Of a stretch of DNA of 64,000 nt, positions 34,296 to 42,400 are shown in pieces. Made by a program: the position numbers and the translations under genes. Within the stretch, counting starts at the first letter, position 1. Every line of letters begins with the position of its first letter. Source of the DNA: Nitrogeniibacter sp. (GTDB lineage: Bacteria > Pseudomonadota > Gammaproteobacteria > Burkholderiales > Rhodocyclaceae); contig JBFIJC010000001.1 of NCBI GenBank assembly GCA_041600915.1, positions 23,895-87,894 on the forward strand, read 5' to 3'. The notes beneath the pieces were generated by a model that was not told where the DNA came from, ran no database searches, and worked only from the letters and a program-made list of their open reading frames with translations.

Positions 34296-34718
34296 GTCTG
34301 GTGCTAGGTATAAGCATCGGCTCGGCACGTCGGAAAAAATTTTCAGCGCTGGGCATCGCGGAGCTGAGATCATTTCTAAGACACCCACCCTCATTGGCCA
34401 TAAGGTTTGAAAATTTTGATGCCGCAGTGAAAGCGGTATGAACCGCATCAATCCTTACATATCACCAATGTTTCAAGCGGCGCTATTCGGTTGCATCGTG
34501 GTTGCTGCTCGTGGGTTGTTCATAGAAATCCGGGGGCGCGCTGGATTCGGCTTCTTGTGAAGCTGAGAGTGCTGATGGGGCGCTGTCGGCCTGCGTTTCG
34601 GGCTTGGGGGTGATGATCCTGCTCGGATGTGGGGCGTGACAGTTCAGGGGGCTGGTGAGAAGAGGGCAGAGGTGCTTCTCTATAGATGCAGGCTGTGATG
34701 CGCGAAGTCCGTCAGTGA

Positions 34719-35654
34719 TTACGGGGTTTTCAAGGTGTCGTAGTCGGGATATTCCGCCCTTTTTTGTGGCGCTACCAATCGAGAAAGCTCGTCTCTGAGA
34801 GTCTTCAGCGCCCCTCCGATCATGCGGTTGGCCTCCACGTCTGAGATCACTTGGTAGTCGTGTTTTGCGGCCCATGAAGCACCGTAGCTGTTCCATGCAC
34901 GCTTGACCTTCTCGCTCTCCTTGTTGGCTGCGTGTGCGGCTTTGGTGATGCTCTCGGGCAACGTTGCGCGTGATCGCTTGATCTTCGGCTTAATCCCGGC
35001 TGCGACGTACAGGAAGCGCGAAAGGTAGCTTCGCATGCGATCCCCAAAGTCGGGGAGCATCGAAACACGTGACACGAGCGCATTCTGGCAGCCGCCAGCC
35101 GCAAGCGTCGCTTCGAGGCGAACGCAGTGACGTTGTAGCGGCTGCTTGTTGTCATGGGTTTTGACGTACAGCCGCACCTGCTCGTAACCGCTGGGGTTTT
35201 GCCAGTAAATCGTCTGTGCGCCGCTGCTGGTGGCTAGCGTGTCCAGCGTGATCCTGCCGTCGCGCAGGTCGAAATACTTGCGCCGCCCGACCTCCCGCAT
35301 GCTGTCGTGTCGCTGGGGGAATAGTCGGCTCTTTAGCCAGTTGTGTAGCTCAATCAACTGTGCAGCATCATTGGAGCCGTTCTTAGGAAAGAAGTCGACA
35401 GCGACTTCGATGGCAAGCACCTTCGTGTCGGGGTGATGATCGACCAGATATTGCAGGTCGGAAACGGTCGGATCATGAATTGTCAGACGGTCATCTTGAA
35501 TGCCCCGCCAGCGATTCGGTGCATTGATCCGACCGTCGACCGCACGCTTGAGGGCAAATGCGGCCCGTTGGTCCTTGAGTGACACTGGAAGGCCGATAGT
35601 GATGAAGTCAATCTTCGCCCGTGGCTTGAACTGCCGCGTTATGCTATTATTCAT
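34719..35654 (-). CDS. Putative replication initiation factor (Rep_trans-like); function tentative
   Basis: 311 aa. KIDFITIGL, LAIEVAVDF, VRLYVKTHD, CVRLEATL recall the iDwlt / RlDlAvDf / RiYdK / RfE strand pattern of Rep_trans proteins. Confidence 0.4.
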   Translation of the reverse strand: MNNSITRQFKPRAKIDFITIGLPVSLKDQRAAFALKRAVDGRINAPNRWRGIQDDRLTIHDPTVSDLQYLVDHHPDTKVLAIEVAVDFFPKNGSNDAAQLIELHNWLKSRLFPQRHDSMREVGRRKYFDLRDGRITLDTLATSSGAQTIYWQNPSGYEQVRLYVKTHDNKQPLQRHCVRLEATLAAGGCQNALVSRVSMLPDFGDRMRSYLSRFLYVAAGIKPKIKRSRATLPESITKAAHAANKESEKVKRAWNSYGASWAAKHDYQVISDVEANRMIGGALKTLRDELSRLVAPQKRAEYPDYDTLKTP

Positions 35655-35783
35655 TTTGGATATTTTATTTGCCGCCGCGTGGCCTTGTGCCCGCTGGCGG
35701 CTTTGTTTTTGTACGGCCCGGTCAGTCAGTCATAACTGAGTAGCAAGAGCACCGGGAAAGGCCAGTCTTTCCCAGTGCCCCTG

Positions 35784-35954
35784 TTATGCGGCCTCGCTCA
35801 GTGTTGTGCGCCCGTGGCAGTCATTTATGAGTACGAACCGTACGCGTGCAGCGTTGGTGCCGGTGTGAATGATTGTGTGCCCGGCATCGGTCGTGTGTTC
35901 GATGATCGCGGCTTCAAGGTAATCTGCGGTCTGCTGCATGGTCAGGTGTTGCAT
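35784..35954 (-). CDS. Small hypothetical ORF
   Basis: 56 aa from MQHLTMQQTADYLE. Overlaps the upstream stop by 13 nt. Weak support. Confidence 0.3.
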   Translation of the reverse strand: MQHLTMQQTADYLEAAIIEHTTDAGHTIIHTGTNAARVRFVLINDCHGRTTLSEAA

Positions 35955-36361
35955 GGGTACTCCCTTGTGGATGATGAGCGGGAACCGCCGCCCCGGCTTT
36001 GGTAGTGTGCCTGGCACATAATCAGGTGATGTTTGATGCGGGTTCCGTGTTTGTCGAACCTGTTCAGACGCCACGGCAGGCAGGGGTCAATATCAAGCCT
36101 TGTTGGCGTAATTGGTGCCTTTCCAGCTGTCGGAACTGTCGCCAGCACCGCGTCAATGAAGCTCTTGACGCTCCGGGCGTCATAGACCGGACGGAACGCA
36201 CGCCCGTCGTGCAACTTGCCGCACGGCAGCAAGGTTAGTCCGTGGATGTTTGCCCGGTCGCGAAGGGCGTCGCTAAGAAAATCCCGCCACTGTCGAAGAG
36301 GGCCAAGCTCCCTGCGCAGCAGGTAGGCGGCTTCAGCCGCAGAAATCGTCAGCGCGTGCAT
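35942..36361 (-). CDS. Hypothetical protein
   Basis: 139 aa. Starts 1 nt after the upstream stop (operon packing). Confidence 0.5.
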   Translation of the reverse strand: MHALTISAAEAAYLLRRELGPLRQWRDFLSDALRDRANIHGLTLLPCGKLHDGRAFRPVYDARSVKSFIDAVLATVPTAGKAPITPTRLDIDPCLPWRLNRFDKHGTRIKHHLIMCQAHYQSRGGGSRSSSTREYPCNT

Positions 36362-36362
36362 A

Positions 36363-36884
36363 TCATTCCTTCCTTTTTACTACAACATCGGCATTTTCTG
36401 TCACGGTCTGGTATTTGGCCTGTTGCGCTTGTCCGCCTGCTTCCGTGACGAGTTGGGCGGCTATTTCACGCGCCTGCTCAACCGGCAGGCGATATACCAG
36501 TAAATGCGGGTTAGTTACGATCAGTTGAACGAACGGCGTCCCGGTGGCTTCGTCGTATTGACGACTGATGCCGGTAACGTCGAAGCGCCGCCCGGTGCTG
36601 CTTCCGCCGCGCTCATTAAATCCAACTGCGCAGAGGGCTTCCATCGCGCGGGGGGATAGTTGCCCCGTCTGCCGAGACCGCTCCCACACGGCAAAGCGTT
36701 CCAATTCGTTCTGACGGTAAAACGAACCGCGTCCGACTCGTTCAATGGCGATGCGATAAATGGCGGGGCGTGCCGTGTTGGCGTTGTTTCGAAGCCATAA
36801 CGCCCACTGGTCTGGGCTCTTGTCGGGGAGCTGTTGCGCTAGCCATTTCGCTGCTGCCTGCCTGCTCAATAGGTCGGATGTCAT
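36363..36884 (-). CDS. Hypothetical protein, possible N-terminal HTH (excisionase/AlpA-like position)
   Basis: 173 aa. First gene of a - strand operon, divergent from the serine recombinase gene. Confidence 0.5.
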   Translation of the reverse strand: MTSDLLSRQAAAKWLAQQLPDKSPDQWALWLRNNANTARPAIYRIAIERVGRGSFYRQNELERFAVWERSRQTGQLSPRAMEALCAVGFNERGGSSTGRRFDVTGISRQYDEATGTPFVQLIVTNPHLLVYRLPVEQAREIAAQLVTEAGGQAQQAKYQTVTENADVVVKRKE

Positions 36885-37038
36885 GTGGATGCACTCATTT
36901 TTGTTAGCATGAACATGACTATATCATGAATCATAAACGAATGCAATCGAAAGATTCGTTATTGATCTTTTTGATTGCTTCGCATATGCTGACTACACAT
37001 TAAACGAACATCTTGTGATGTAGTCAGGAGCGGATGTC
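36885..37038. promoter_or_regulatory. AT-rich divergent control region with inverted and direct repeats
   Basis: CTGACTACA-N21-TGTAGTCAG (36998-37036), AACGAAT-N11-ATTCGTT (36946-36970), TAAACGAA twice, GCATATGC palindrome. Confidence 0.5.
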
Positions 37039-37731
37039 ATGGCAAACGGCAAATTCATCGCCTACTATCGGGTCAGTACGCAAAAGCAGGGAATGTCAGG
37101 GCTTGGACTTGAAGCGCAGCGGGCCGCTGTCAGTCGCTATCTAAATGGCGGCACATGGGAGCTGGCTGGCGAGTTTCAGGAGGTAGAGACCGGAAAGGGA
37201 GCCGATGCGCTCGCGAAACGCCCACAACTACGCGCTGCACTCGATGCGTGCCGAAGGTTAGGTGCGACGCTCTTGATTGCAAAGTTGGACCGCCTCGCCC
37301 GAAACGTCCATTTCGTTTCTGGTCTGCTCGAAACCGGCGTGGAGTTCGTGGCGGCTGACATGCCCCAAGCCAATAAGGTCATGATTCAGATGCACGCGGT
37401 GATGAGCGAATGGGAGCGCGATCAGGTCAGTGCCCGTACGAAGGCGGCGCTGGCCGCAGCTAAAGCGAGGGGGGTCGTGCTCGGCGCCGCCGGCGCCGCT
37501 AACTTGAAGCCGAATATCGAAGAGCGCCAGCGGGCTGCAGATGCGTTTGCGTTAAAACTAGAGGGGATAATTCAGGGGTTTATAGCTGTTGGATTGACGC
37601 AAAGGGAAATGGTGACGCAGCTAAATCAGCTGGGCATACGATCCTCGCGGGGAGGGGAGTGGTCTCTGATTCAGCTGCAGAGGGTTCGCCAGAGAATAGA
37701 TCGGAAACTTGCAGCGGAATCGTCGCCCTAA
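37039..37731 (+). CDS. Serine recombinase (resolvase/invertase family)
   Basis: FIAYYRVSTQKQ catalytic Ser motif, LLIAKLDRLAR, C-terminal HTH-like GLTQREMVTQLNQLGI. Confidence 0.9.
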   Translation: MANGKFIAYYRVSTQKQGMSGLGLEAQRAAVSRYLNGGTWELAGEFQEVETGKGADALAKRPQLRAALDACRRLGATLLIAKLDRLARNVHFVSGLLETGVEFVAADMPQANKVMIQMHAVMSEWERDQVSARTKAALAAAKARGVVLGAAGAANLKPNIEERQRAADAFALKLEGIIQGFIAVGLTQREMVTQLNQLGIRSSRGGEWSLIQLQRVRQRIDRKLAAESSP

Positions 37732-38042
37732 CGCATGCAGGCAGAAAAAACGATGTCGTATGCGTCAGAAGGACTCTGGATGCCAGCGTCGCCGTATATG
37801 GCCGTAACGACGCCCTGCGCCGCATCCTTTTTCTGCGGGTCGTGAGCAAGCATGTCTCCTACTACGCGTAGCACTGAAACCATGCTGTGCCCGTCATTTT
37901 TTGTACGATAAGCGTTTGCACCTATGTCTGCGAGTTGCCGGCAGTCATTGGCCCCACCAATGTTTCTGGCGATGCTCGGTAGAGCTACAAGAGCTGCAGA
38001 CACCAAGAAACCGCATAAAACTGCATTTTTTATCACGGTCAC
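37728..38042 (-). CDS. Small secreted hypothetical protein
   Basis: 104 aa. Signal-peptide-like NAVLCGFLVSAALVALPSIA. Abuts the upstream gene stop with no gap. Confidence 0.5.
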   Translation of the reverse strand: MTVIKNAVLCGFLVSAALVALPSIARNIGGANDCRQLADIGANAYRTKNDGHSMVSVLRVVGDMLAHDPQKKDAAQGVVTAIYGDAGIQSPSDAYDIVFSACMR

Positions 38043-38585
38043 CTAGTTCATATCCACATCGATCTTGAGTAGATTCGCCACCTTGTCGAACTCGGCAAGC
38101 GATGCGCTGAAATTGTCTTGGCCTATCGTCCCAATCGTGACTTTCCATTGGGCGAGTAGTTGTTTCGCCGTAGGCTGATTCTTCTTCTTGAAAGAGAGTA
38201 CGAAGCTTCTAGTGTTCGTCGACACAGCTGCGGTCGCTTGCTCGACACACTTTTCGCCTTTTAGTCCTTCGGTTACGTGTTTTTCACGTGCCTGCTTTTT
38301 CAGGGTCAATTTTTCTGTGTATGACAGATCGGTCCCATAGCCGCGGTTCATGTTGGCCACCATTTTGTCGGCCTGCATTTCCATGTAGGTCGCTTGAATG
38401 CCGATCATGTCCGCCATATGCAATTTCGCGCAGGTCATGATTCCGTCTCGTATGGCATCAATTTGCTGGACTTGTTCTTCTTTACTTACCAACTTCGTTG
38501 GATTTTTTGCCGCAGCAGGAGCGGAGCAGGCTATGAAGATGCCTGCAAGGAAAGTGGCTGCAAGTGTTGGTGATTTTATTGGCAT
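38043..38585 (-). CDS. Secreted protein / possible lipoprotein, unknown function
   Basis: 180 aa. LAATFLAGIFIACSAPAAA signal. About 49% GC in a hand-counted 100-nt sample (38041-38140). Confidence 0.55.
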   Translation of the reverse strand: MPIKSPTLAATFLAGIFIACSAPAAAKNPTKLVSKEEQVQQIDAIRDGIMTCAKLHMADMIGIQATYMEMQADKMVANMNRGYGTDLSYTEKLTLKKQAREKHVTEGLKGEKCVEQATAAVSTNTRSFVLSFKKKNQPTAKQLLAQWKVTIGTIGQDNFSASLAEFDKVANLLKIDVDMN

Positions 38586-38849
38586 TTTCGTCTAGTCGGT
38601 GAGTAGCCTTTAAGGATCTCACGATTGCAGTGCCCGCGTCGAAGACTTTTTCAACGGGGCACATTGGTTGATTTTTCAGCTGTGCTCGTGCCGTCATATG
38701 GCCGCGTTAGCAGTGCGACCTGCGGAGGGGTGCTATAGGTACTCGGCAGTCCAGCTTACGTTGAGATGCACGCTCGACTTCCCTGAGCACACCAGAGTTA
38801 TACGGCCCATGTAGATTTTTTGGGTAGGCTTATTTAGCTCGACTACCAG

Positions 38850-40430
38850 CTATGCCAAATGTCTTTTCTTTTCGGGCCATGTCACGTCCTCGACGGACGG
38901 TATCATCGAAACTATCTCGTCAGGCAACGAGAACGCTTCGACGGTGGGTCGCCGTTTGGATGCGTCGCGCGTGTTCCAGTACACCTTGCCGGTTACCAGT
39001 TCTGCTTCGTGTCCCACGATGGGGGCAACAAGGTGCGGTGCGATGCCTTCATCAAGTAGCCGCGTGATGAACAGGTGTCGAAAGCTGTGAAAGACGGCCT
39101 CCTGCTTGCCTTCGATGCCGGCCTTGTGGCGAAAACGTTGGAACCAGTTTGATGCTGCATGAGCGGGGCCATCGCGACGCGTCCTGCTCAATTCAGGGAA
39201 GAGGTGTGCTCTACCTTGTTTCCGCATCGCTTCGACATAGCGCAAGAGGCCGATGCGGATCAGTTCAGGATGTAACGGGACAAGACGCTTCGCGTTCGCA
39301 TTCTTCACGCTTTTCTTCCGCCCTTGCTCATCTGTGACGGTTTCAATGGCTTCTCGGTCATTGATGTCGATGCAGGGGATGCCGTCTACCGTAGTGAAGT
39401 CTGCCAAGTCCAACTGTGCGAGTTCGCCGAGCCGTGCGCCAGTAAAGATTGCGAGTGGTAGCAGCCAGAAAGCGTAGCTCTTGCGGAACCGTTTGGATTG
39501 AAAGTCCTTGTGGTTCAAGAGCGCACGCAACTCATCGGTTGTGAACGGTCGCCGGGAGCTTGCTAACGTTTCCGCCTGGCCGAAACCCGAGAATGGGTTG
39601 GCGTCGATGCCCCATTTGCGCTTTTCCTCAAGCGCCCATCGAAACATTGCGGAGATGCGTTCGGCCTTCTTGCTGGCGTTCTGCTCAGATTGAGGCGGTG
39701 GGTCCATAGCCAGCAGTTCGTCAGCCGTCTTGTCTCGATATGCTTTAACGCGGCTCGCGTTGGCCGGGAGGCGTCTAAGTAGGCCAAAGAAGCAGCCTGC
39801 CATATCCCGATCTATAGTGCCGATACGGATATCATTCATAATGAAAGTGAACTGCTCGATATCCTTCCTGTACGACTCAAGGGTTTTTTTTCCGGGTGGC
39901 TTCTTACGTCCTCCGATTGCTCGCTGGCTCAGGGATCGAAGATATGCCGCCAAAAGTTCGGAAAACAGCGGTGTCTTCTCTGCGGGCCAAGGGAATACGA
40001 GAGCTGTCTCAAGCTCCGTCTTGCCGCGAAGCTGCCCCTTTATAAAAGCCTTCTCCACAACATTTTGGGCGATGAGGCGAGGAACCGACGTGTTCAGCTG
40101 GAGCTGGAGAGCGGCAACTTCCCCTTCCAGTTCGTTGATACGCTCAGTTAGCTGAGCGTTCTTCCGGGTCTCAGAAATCCACGCTAGCCAGAAGTGAGCC
40201 GGTGCTTTTTGGTCTTCGTCAGCCATATGCTGCAAGTCTCGGAAAAGTGCTTGTTTCGCTATGGCCAGTTGGAGGGCCGCGGTTAGGGCTGCCTTACGTT
40301 GCTCTGTCTGCAGACTGAATCGCACTTCAGTCCTTCCTGCCGTGGCTCGGAGGGGCGAGGGGATCAGAATCCGGGCGTAGAAGGTGCCGTGGCGGTTGCG
40401 ATAGATGCAGGCCGGTACTTTAATGGGCAT
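38850..40430 (-). CDS. int: Tyrosine integrase
   Basis: C-terminal ARLGEL...HSFRHLF...VGHEA...GKVYW (R-HxxR-H-Y). N-terminal PACIYRNRHGTFYARILIP. Start taken at MPIKVPA. Confidence 0.9.
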   Translation of the reverse strand: MPIKVPACIYRNRHGTFYARILIPSPLRATAGRTEVRFSLQTEQRKAALTAALQLAIAKQALFRDLQHMADEDQKAPAHFWLAWISETRKNAQLTERINELEGEVAALQLQLNTSVPRLIAQNVVEKAFIKGQLRGKTELETALVFPWPAEKTPLFSELLAAYLRSLSQRAIGGRKKPPGKKTLESYRKDIEQFTFIMNDIRIGTIDRDMAGCFFGLLRRLPANASRVKAYRDKTADELLAMDPPPQSEQNASKKAERISAMFRWALEEKRKWGIDANPFSGFGQAETLASSRRPFTTDELRALLNHKDFQSKRFRKSYAFWLLPLAIFTGARLGELAQLDLADFTTVDGIPCIDINDREAIETVTDEQGRKKSVKNANAKRLVPLHPELIRIGLLRYVEAMRKQGRAHLFPELSRTRRDGPAHAASNWFQRFRHKAGIEGKQEAVFHSFRHLFITRLLDEGIAPHLVAPIVGHEAELVTGKVYWNTRDASKRRPTVEAFSLPDEIVSMIPSVEDVTWPEKKRHLA

Positions 40431-40456
40431 TGTGACTTCCTGCCAGCGACACACTT

Positions 40457-40467
40457 AAGTGGCACAC
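40457..40467 (+). repeat. AAGTGGCACAC motif (third copy)
   Basis: Identical 11-mer to 34232-34242. Lies between the int start and the ssrA 3' end. Confidence 0.5.
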
Positions 40468-40490
40468 CAGCGTGGAACGCAGCCCTTCCA

Positions 40491-40525
40491 TAAAAGGAAA
40501 CGCCAAGACCTGTAAGGTCTTGGCG
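40491..40525 (-). terminator. Current ssrA terminator (island-borne)
   Basis: CGCCAAGACC-TGTAA-GGTCTTGGCG. On the - strand it is followed by TTTCCTTTTA. Confidence 0.6.
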
Positions 40526-40531
40526 TTGAAG

Positions 40532-40907
40532 TGGTGGAGCCGGGGGGAATCGAACCCCCGTCCGCAAGCCCTCCACAATGAGCTCTACATACTTGTCCTG
40601 TCTATTTGGATTTAATCATGGGGGTTGGCCGACAGGCGGGCCGTCCCACAACGAGTTACCTTGGTTTTAGGAGTTGCGCCAAGTAACCCGACGCAACCAC
40701 GAGTTCCTGTAAATGACACTGCAAGAAAGAGCTTTCACCCCATCATCCGACCCAGGAACCTGTCGGGGCAGCGCCCACCGGGATTAAGCGGCGAGTGCGA
40801 AACGCTTGTCGTTGGCGTTTAGTTTGTTTCCAGCTGATTTACGAGGTAACTGGACCTCGGTATGCACTCAATTGCTTTGCGACCCACGTCGAAGCCAAGT
40901 CGGCCCC
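40532..40907 (-). ncRNA. ssrA: tmRNA (SsrA), tag ANDKRFALAA
   Basis: 5' GGGGCCGACTTGGCTTCGACG, 3' GGACGGGGGTTCGATTCCCCCCGGCTCCACCA. Tag ORF GCC AAC GAC AAG CGT TTC GCA CTC GCC GCT TAA. Confidence 0.93.
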
Positions 40908-40955
40908 TTGAAGTGGTACTTGGGGGTGAAAGCCCCAACTTCAAGCGATCTTATT

Positions 40956-41618
40956 TTAGCATGACTCCGAAAGCCCGATGTGAAGTAGCGCTTCCGGGGT
41001 GGCGACGATCCAGTCCGCCCCCCAGCTTTCGATTGGATGGTCGATGCCAAGATAGCCCCAGGCGGCTGCGGCCGTCATCATGCCGGCCGATCTGCCAGCT
41101 TCGATGTCTCGCAGATCGTCGCCTACGTACAGGGTTCGTGCGGGGTCGATGGCGAGTTGGCGGCAGGCAAAGATCAGGCTGTCGGGTGCTGGTTTGGGGT
41201 TTGGCGTGGTGTCACCACTGACGATGCAGGCAGCGCGTGACCCAAGGGGCAGGGCCTGGACCAGCGGCTCGGTGAAGCGTCGTGGTTTGTTGGTGACAAT
41301 GCCCCATGGTTTGCCCGCGGCTTCAAGTGCGCAGACGAGCGTTTCGATGCCGGGGAAAAGCCGCGATTCGACGCATAGTGCGTTGCCGTAGTGCGTCAGG
41401 AAGCGTTTTGCGAGCTCGGGGTAGGGGGTGGCATCGGGCGTTATTCCGTAGCCGACGCGGAGCATGCCTCGGGTGCCTGACGAGGTGTGGGGGCGCAGTG
41501 CTTCGAGCGGCAGGGGCGGTTTGCCGTCTTCGTGCAGGAGGGCATTGAGTGCACCGCCGAGATCGGGGGCGGTGTCCGCAAAGGTGCCGTCCAGGTCGAA
41601 CAATACCGCGTCAAACAT
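40956..41618 (-). CDS. gph: HAD phosphatase, phosphoglycolate phosphatase Gph / MupP-like
   Basis: [33 protein letters not shown] motifs. Adjacent to and overlapping ubiG. Confidence 0.8.
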   Translation of the reverse strand: MFDAVLFDLDGTFADTAPDLGGALNALLHEDGKPPLPLEALRPHTSSGTRGMLRVGYGITPDATPYPELAKRFLTHYGNALCVESRLFPGIETLVCALEAAGKPWGIVTNKPRRFTEPLVQALPLGSRAACIVSGDTTPNPKPAPDSLIFACRQLAIDPARTLYVGDDLRDIEAGRSAGMMTAAAAWGYLGIDHPIESWGADWIVATPEALLHIGLSESC

Positions 41619-42306
41619 GGCGACGGGTGTGCATCAGATAATTGACGTCGGTGTCTTTGCTGAGGGAGTAGACGCGTGTCAGCGGGTTGTAGGTCAGCCC
41701 GGTAAGTTCGGCGAGATCAAGACCGCTCGATCGGCAGTGACGCGCCAGTTCGGAAGGCTTGATGAACTTTGCGTAGTCGTGGGTGCCCCGAGGGAGCATG
41801 CGGAGCAGGTATTCGGCGCCGATGACCGATAGCAGATAGGCTTTGGCGTTGCGATTGAGCGTGGAAAAAAAGACGTGGCCGCCCGGTTTGACCAGTGTGG
41901 CGCAGGCCTGGATGACGCTTGCCGGGTCGGGGACATGTTCCAGCATCTCCAGGCAGGTGACCGCGTCGAATTGTCCGGGCATTTCGAGCGCGAGGGCTTC
42001 GGCGCTGATGAGCCGGTAATCGACTTTGAGTCCTGATTCGTGAAGGTGCAATTTCGCAACACTGAGCGCTTTTTCGCCGAGATCGATTCCGGTGACTTCG
42101 GCGCCGCGTGCGGCCATGCCTTCGGAGAGCAGGCCGCCGCCGCAGCCGACATCCAGTACCTTCTTGCCTTGCAGGGGGAAGAGGCTGTCGATCCAGTCCA
42201 GGCGCAGCGGATTGATCTCGTGGAGCGGGCGGAACTCTGATTCGGGGTCCCACCAATGGTGGGCCATATCGCCGAATTTCTGAAGTTCGGAGGGGTCTGC
42301 ATTCAT
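41611..42306 (-). CDS. ubiG: Ubiquinone biosynthesis O-methyltransferase UbiG
   Basis: [46 protein letters not shown]. Start taken at MNADPSE. Confidence 0.9.
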   Translation of the reverse strand: MNADPSELQKFGDMAHHWWDPESEFRPLHEINPLRLDWIDSLFPLQGKKVLDVGCGGGLLSEGMAARGAEVTGIDLGEKALSVAKLHLHESGLKVDYRLISAEALALEMPGQFDAVTCLEMLEHVPDPASVIQACATLVKPGGHVFFSTLNRNAKAYLLSVIGAEYLLRMLPRGTHDYAKFIKPSELARHCRSSGLDLAELTGLTYNPLTRVYSLSKDTDVNYLMHTRRHV

Positions 42307-42354
42307 GGTGAAAGGCTTGCTGGATTCAGGGTGTCGAAACGATAGCATGAAAAG

Positions 42355-42382
42355 AAAAAGCCCCGCATTTGCGGGGCTTTTT
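42355..42382. terminator. Bidirectional-looking terminator hairpin
   Basis: AAAAAGCCCCGC-ATTT-GCGGGGCTTTTT. Confidence 0.7.
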
Positions 42383-42400
42383 CAGTCGAAGCGAGCTCGA

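Larger units (their letters stand above)
34143..40548 (-). mobile_element. 6.4-kb integrative island in the 3' end of ssrA
   Basis: 17-bp direct repeat TGGTGGAGCCGGGGGGA at 34143-34159 and 40532-40548. A tyrosine integrase lies adjacent to ssrA. Sequence is AT-richer in parts. Confidence 0.8.

Noticed and set aside
34227-34306. Possible complete tRNA or tRNA-like gene around the TTCGATT hairpin
   Set aside because: A 6/7 acceptor pairing (CACCGAA/TCTGGTG) can be drawn. However, I could not form D or anticodon stems, and the T stem extends to ~10 bp. It fits better as an isolated hairpin or inverted copy of the ssrA T-arm.
34483-34896. 137-aa - strand ORF overlapping the 3' end of the Rep_trans-like gene
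   Set aside because: Most of it overlaps the better-supported 311-aa ORF in another frame. The non-overlapping tail is Ser/Pro/Ala-rich. There is no slippery site that would suggest an extension by frameshift.
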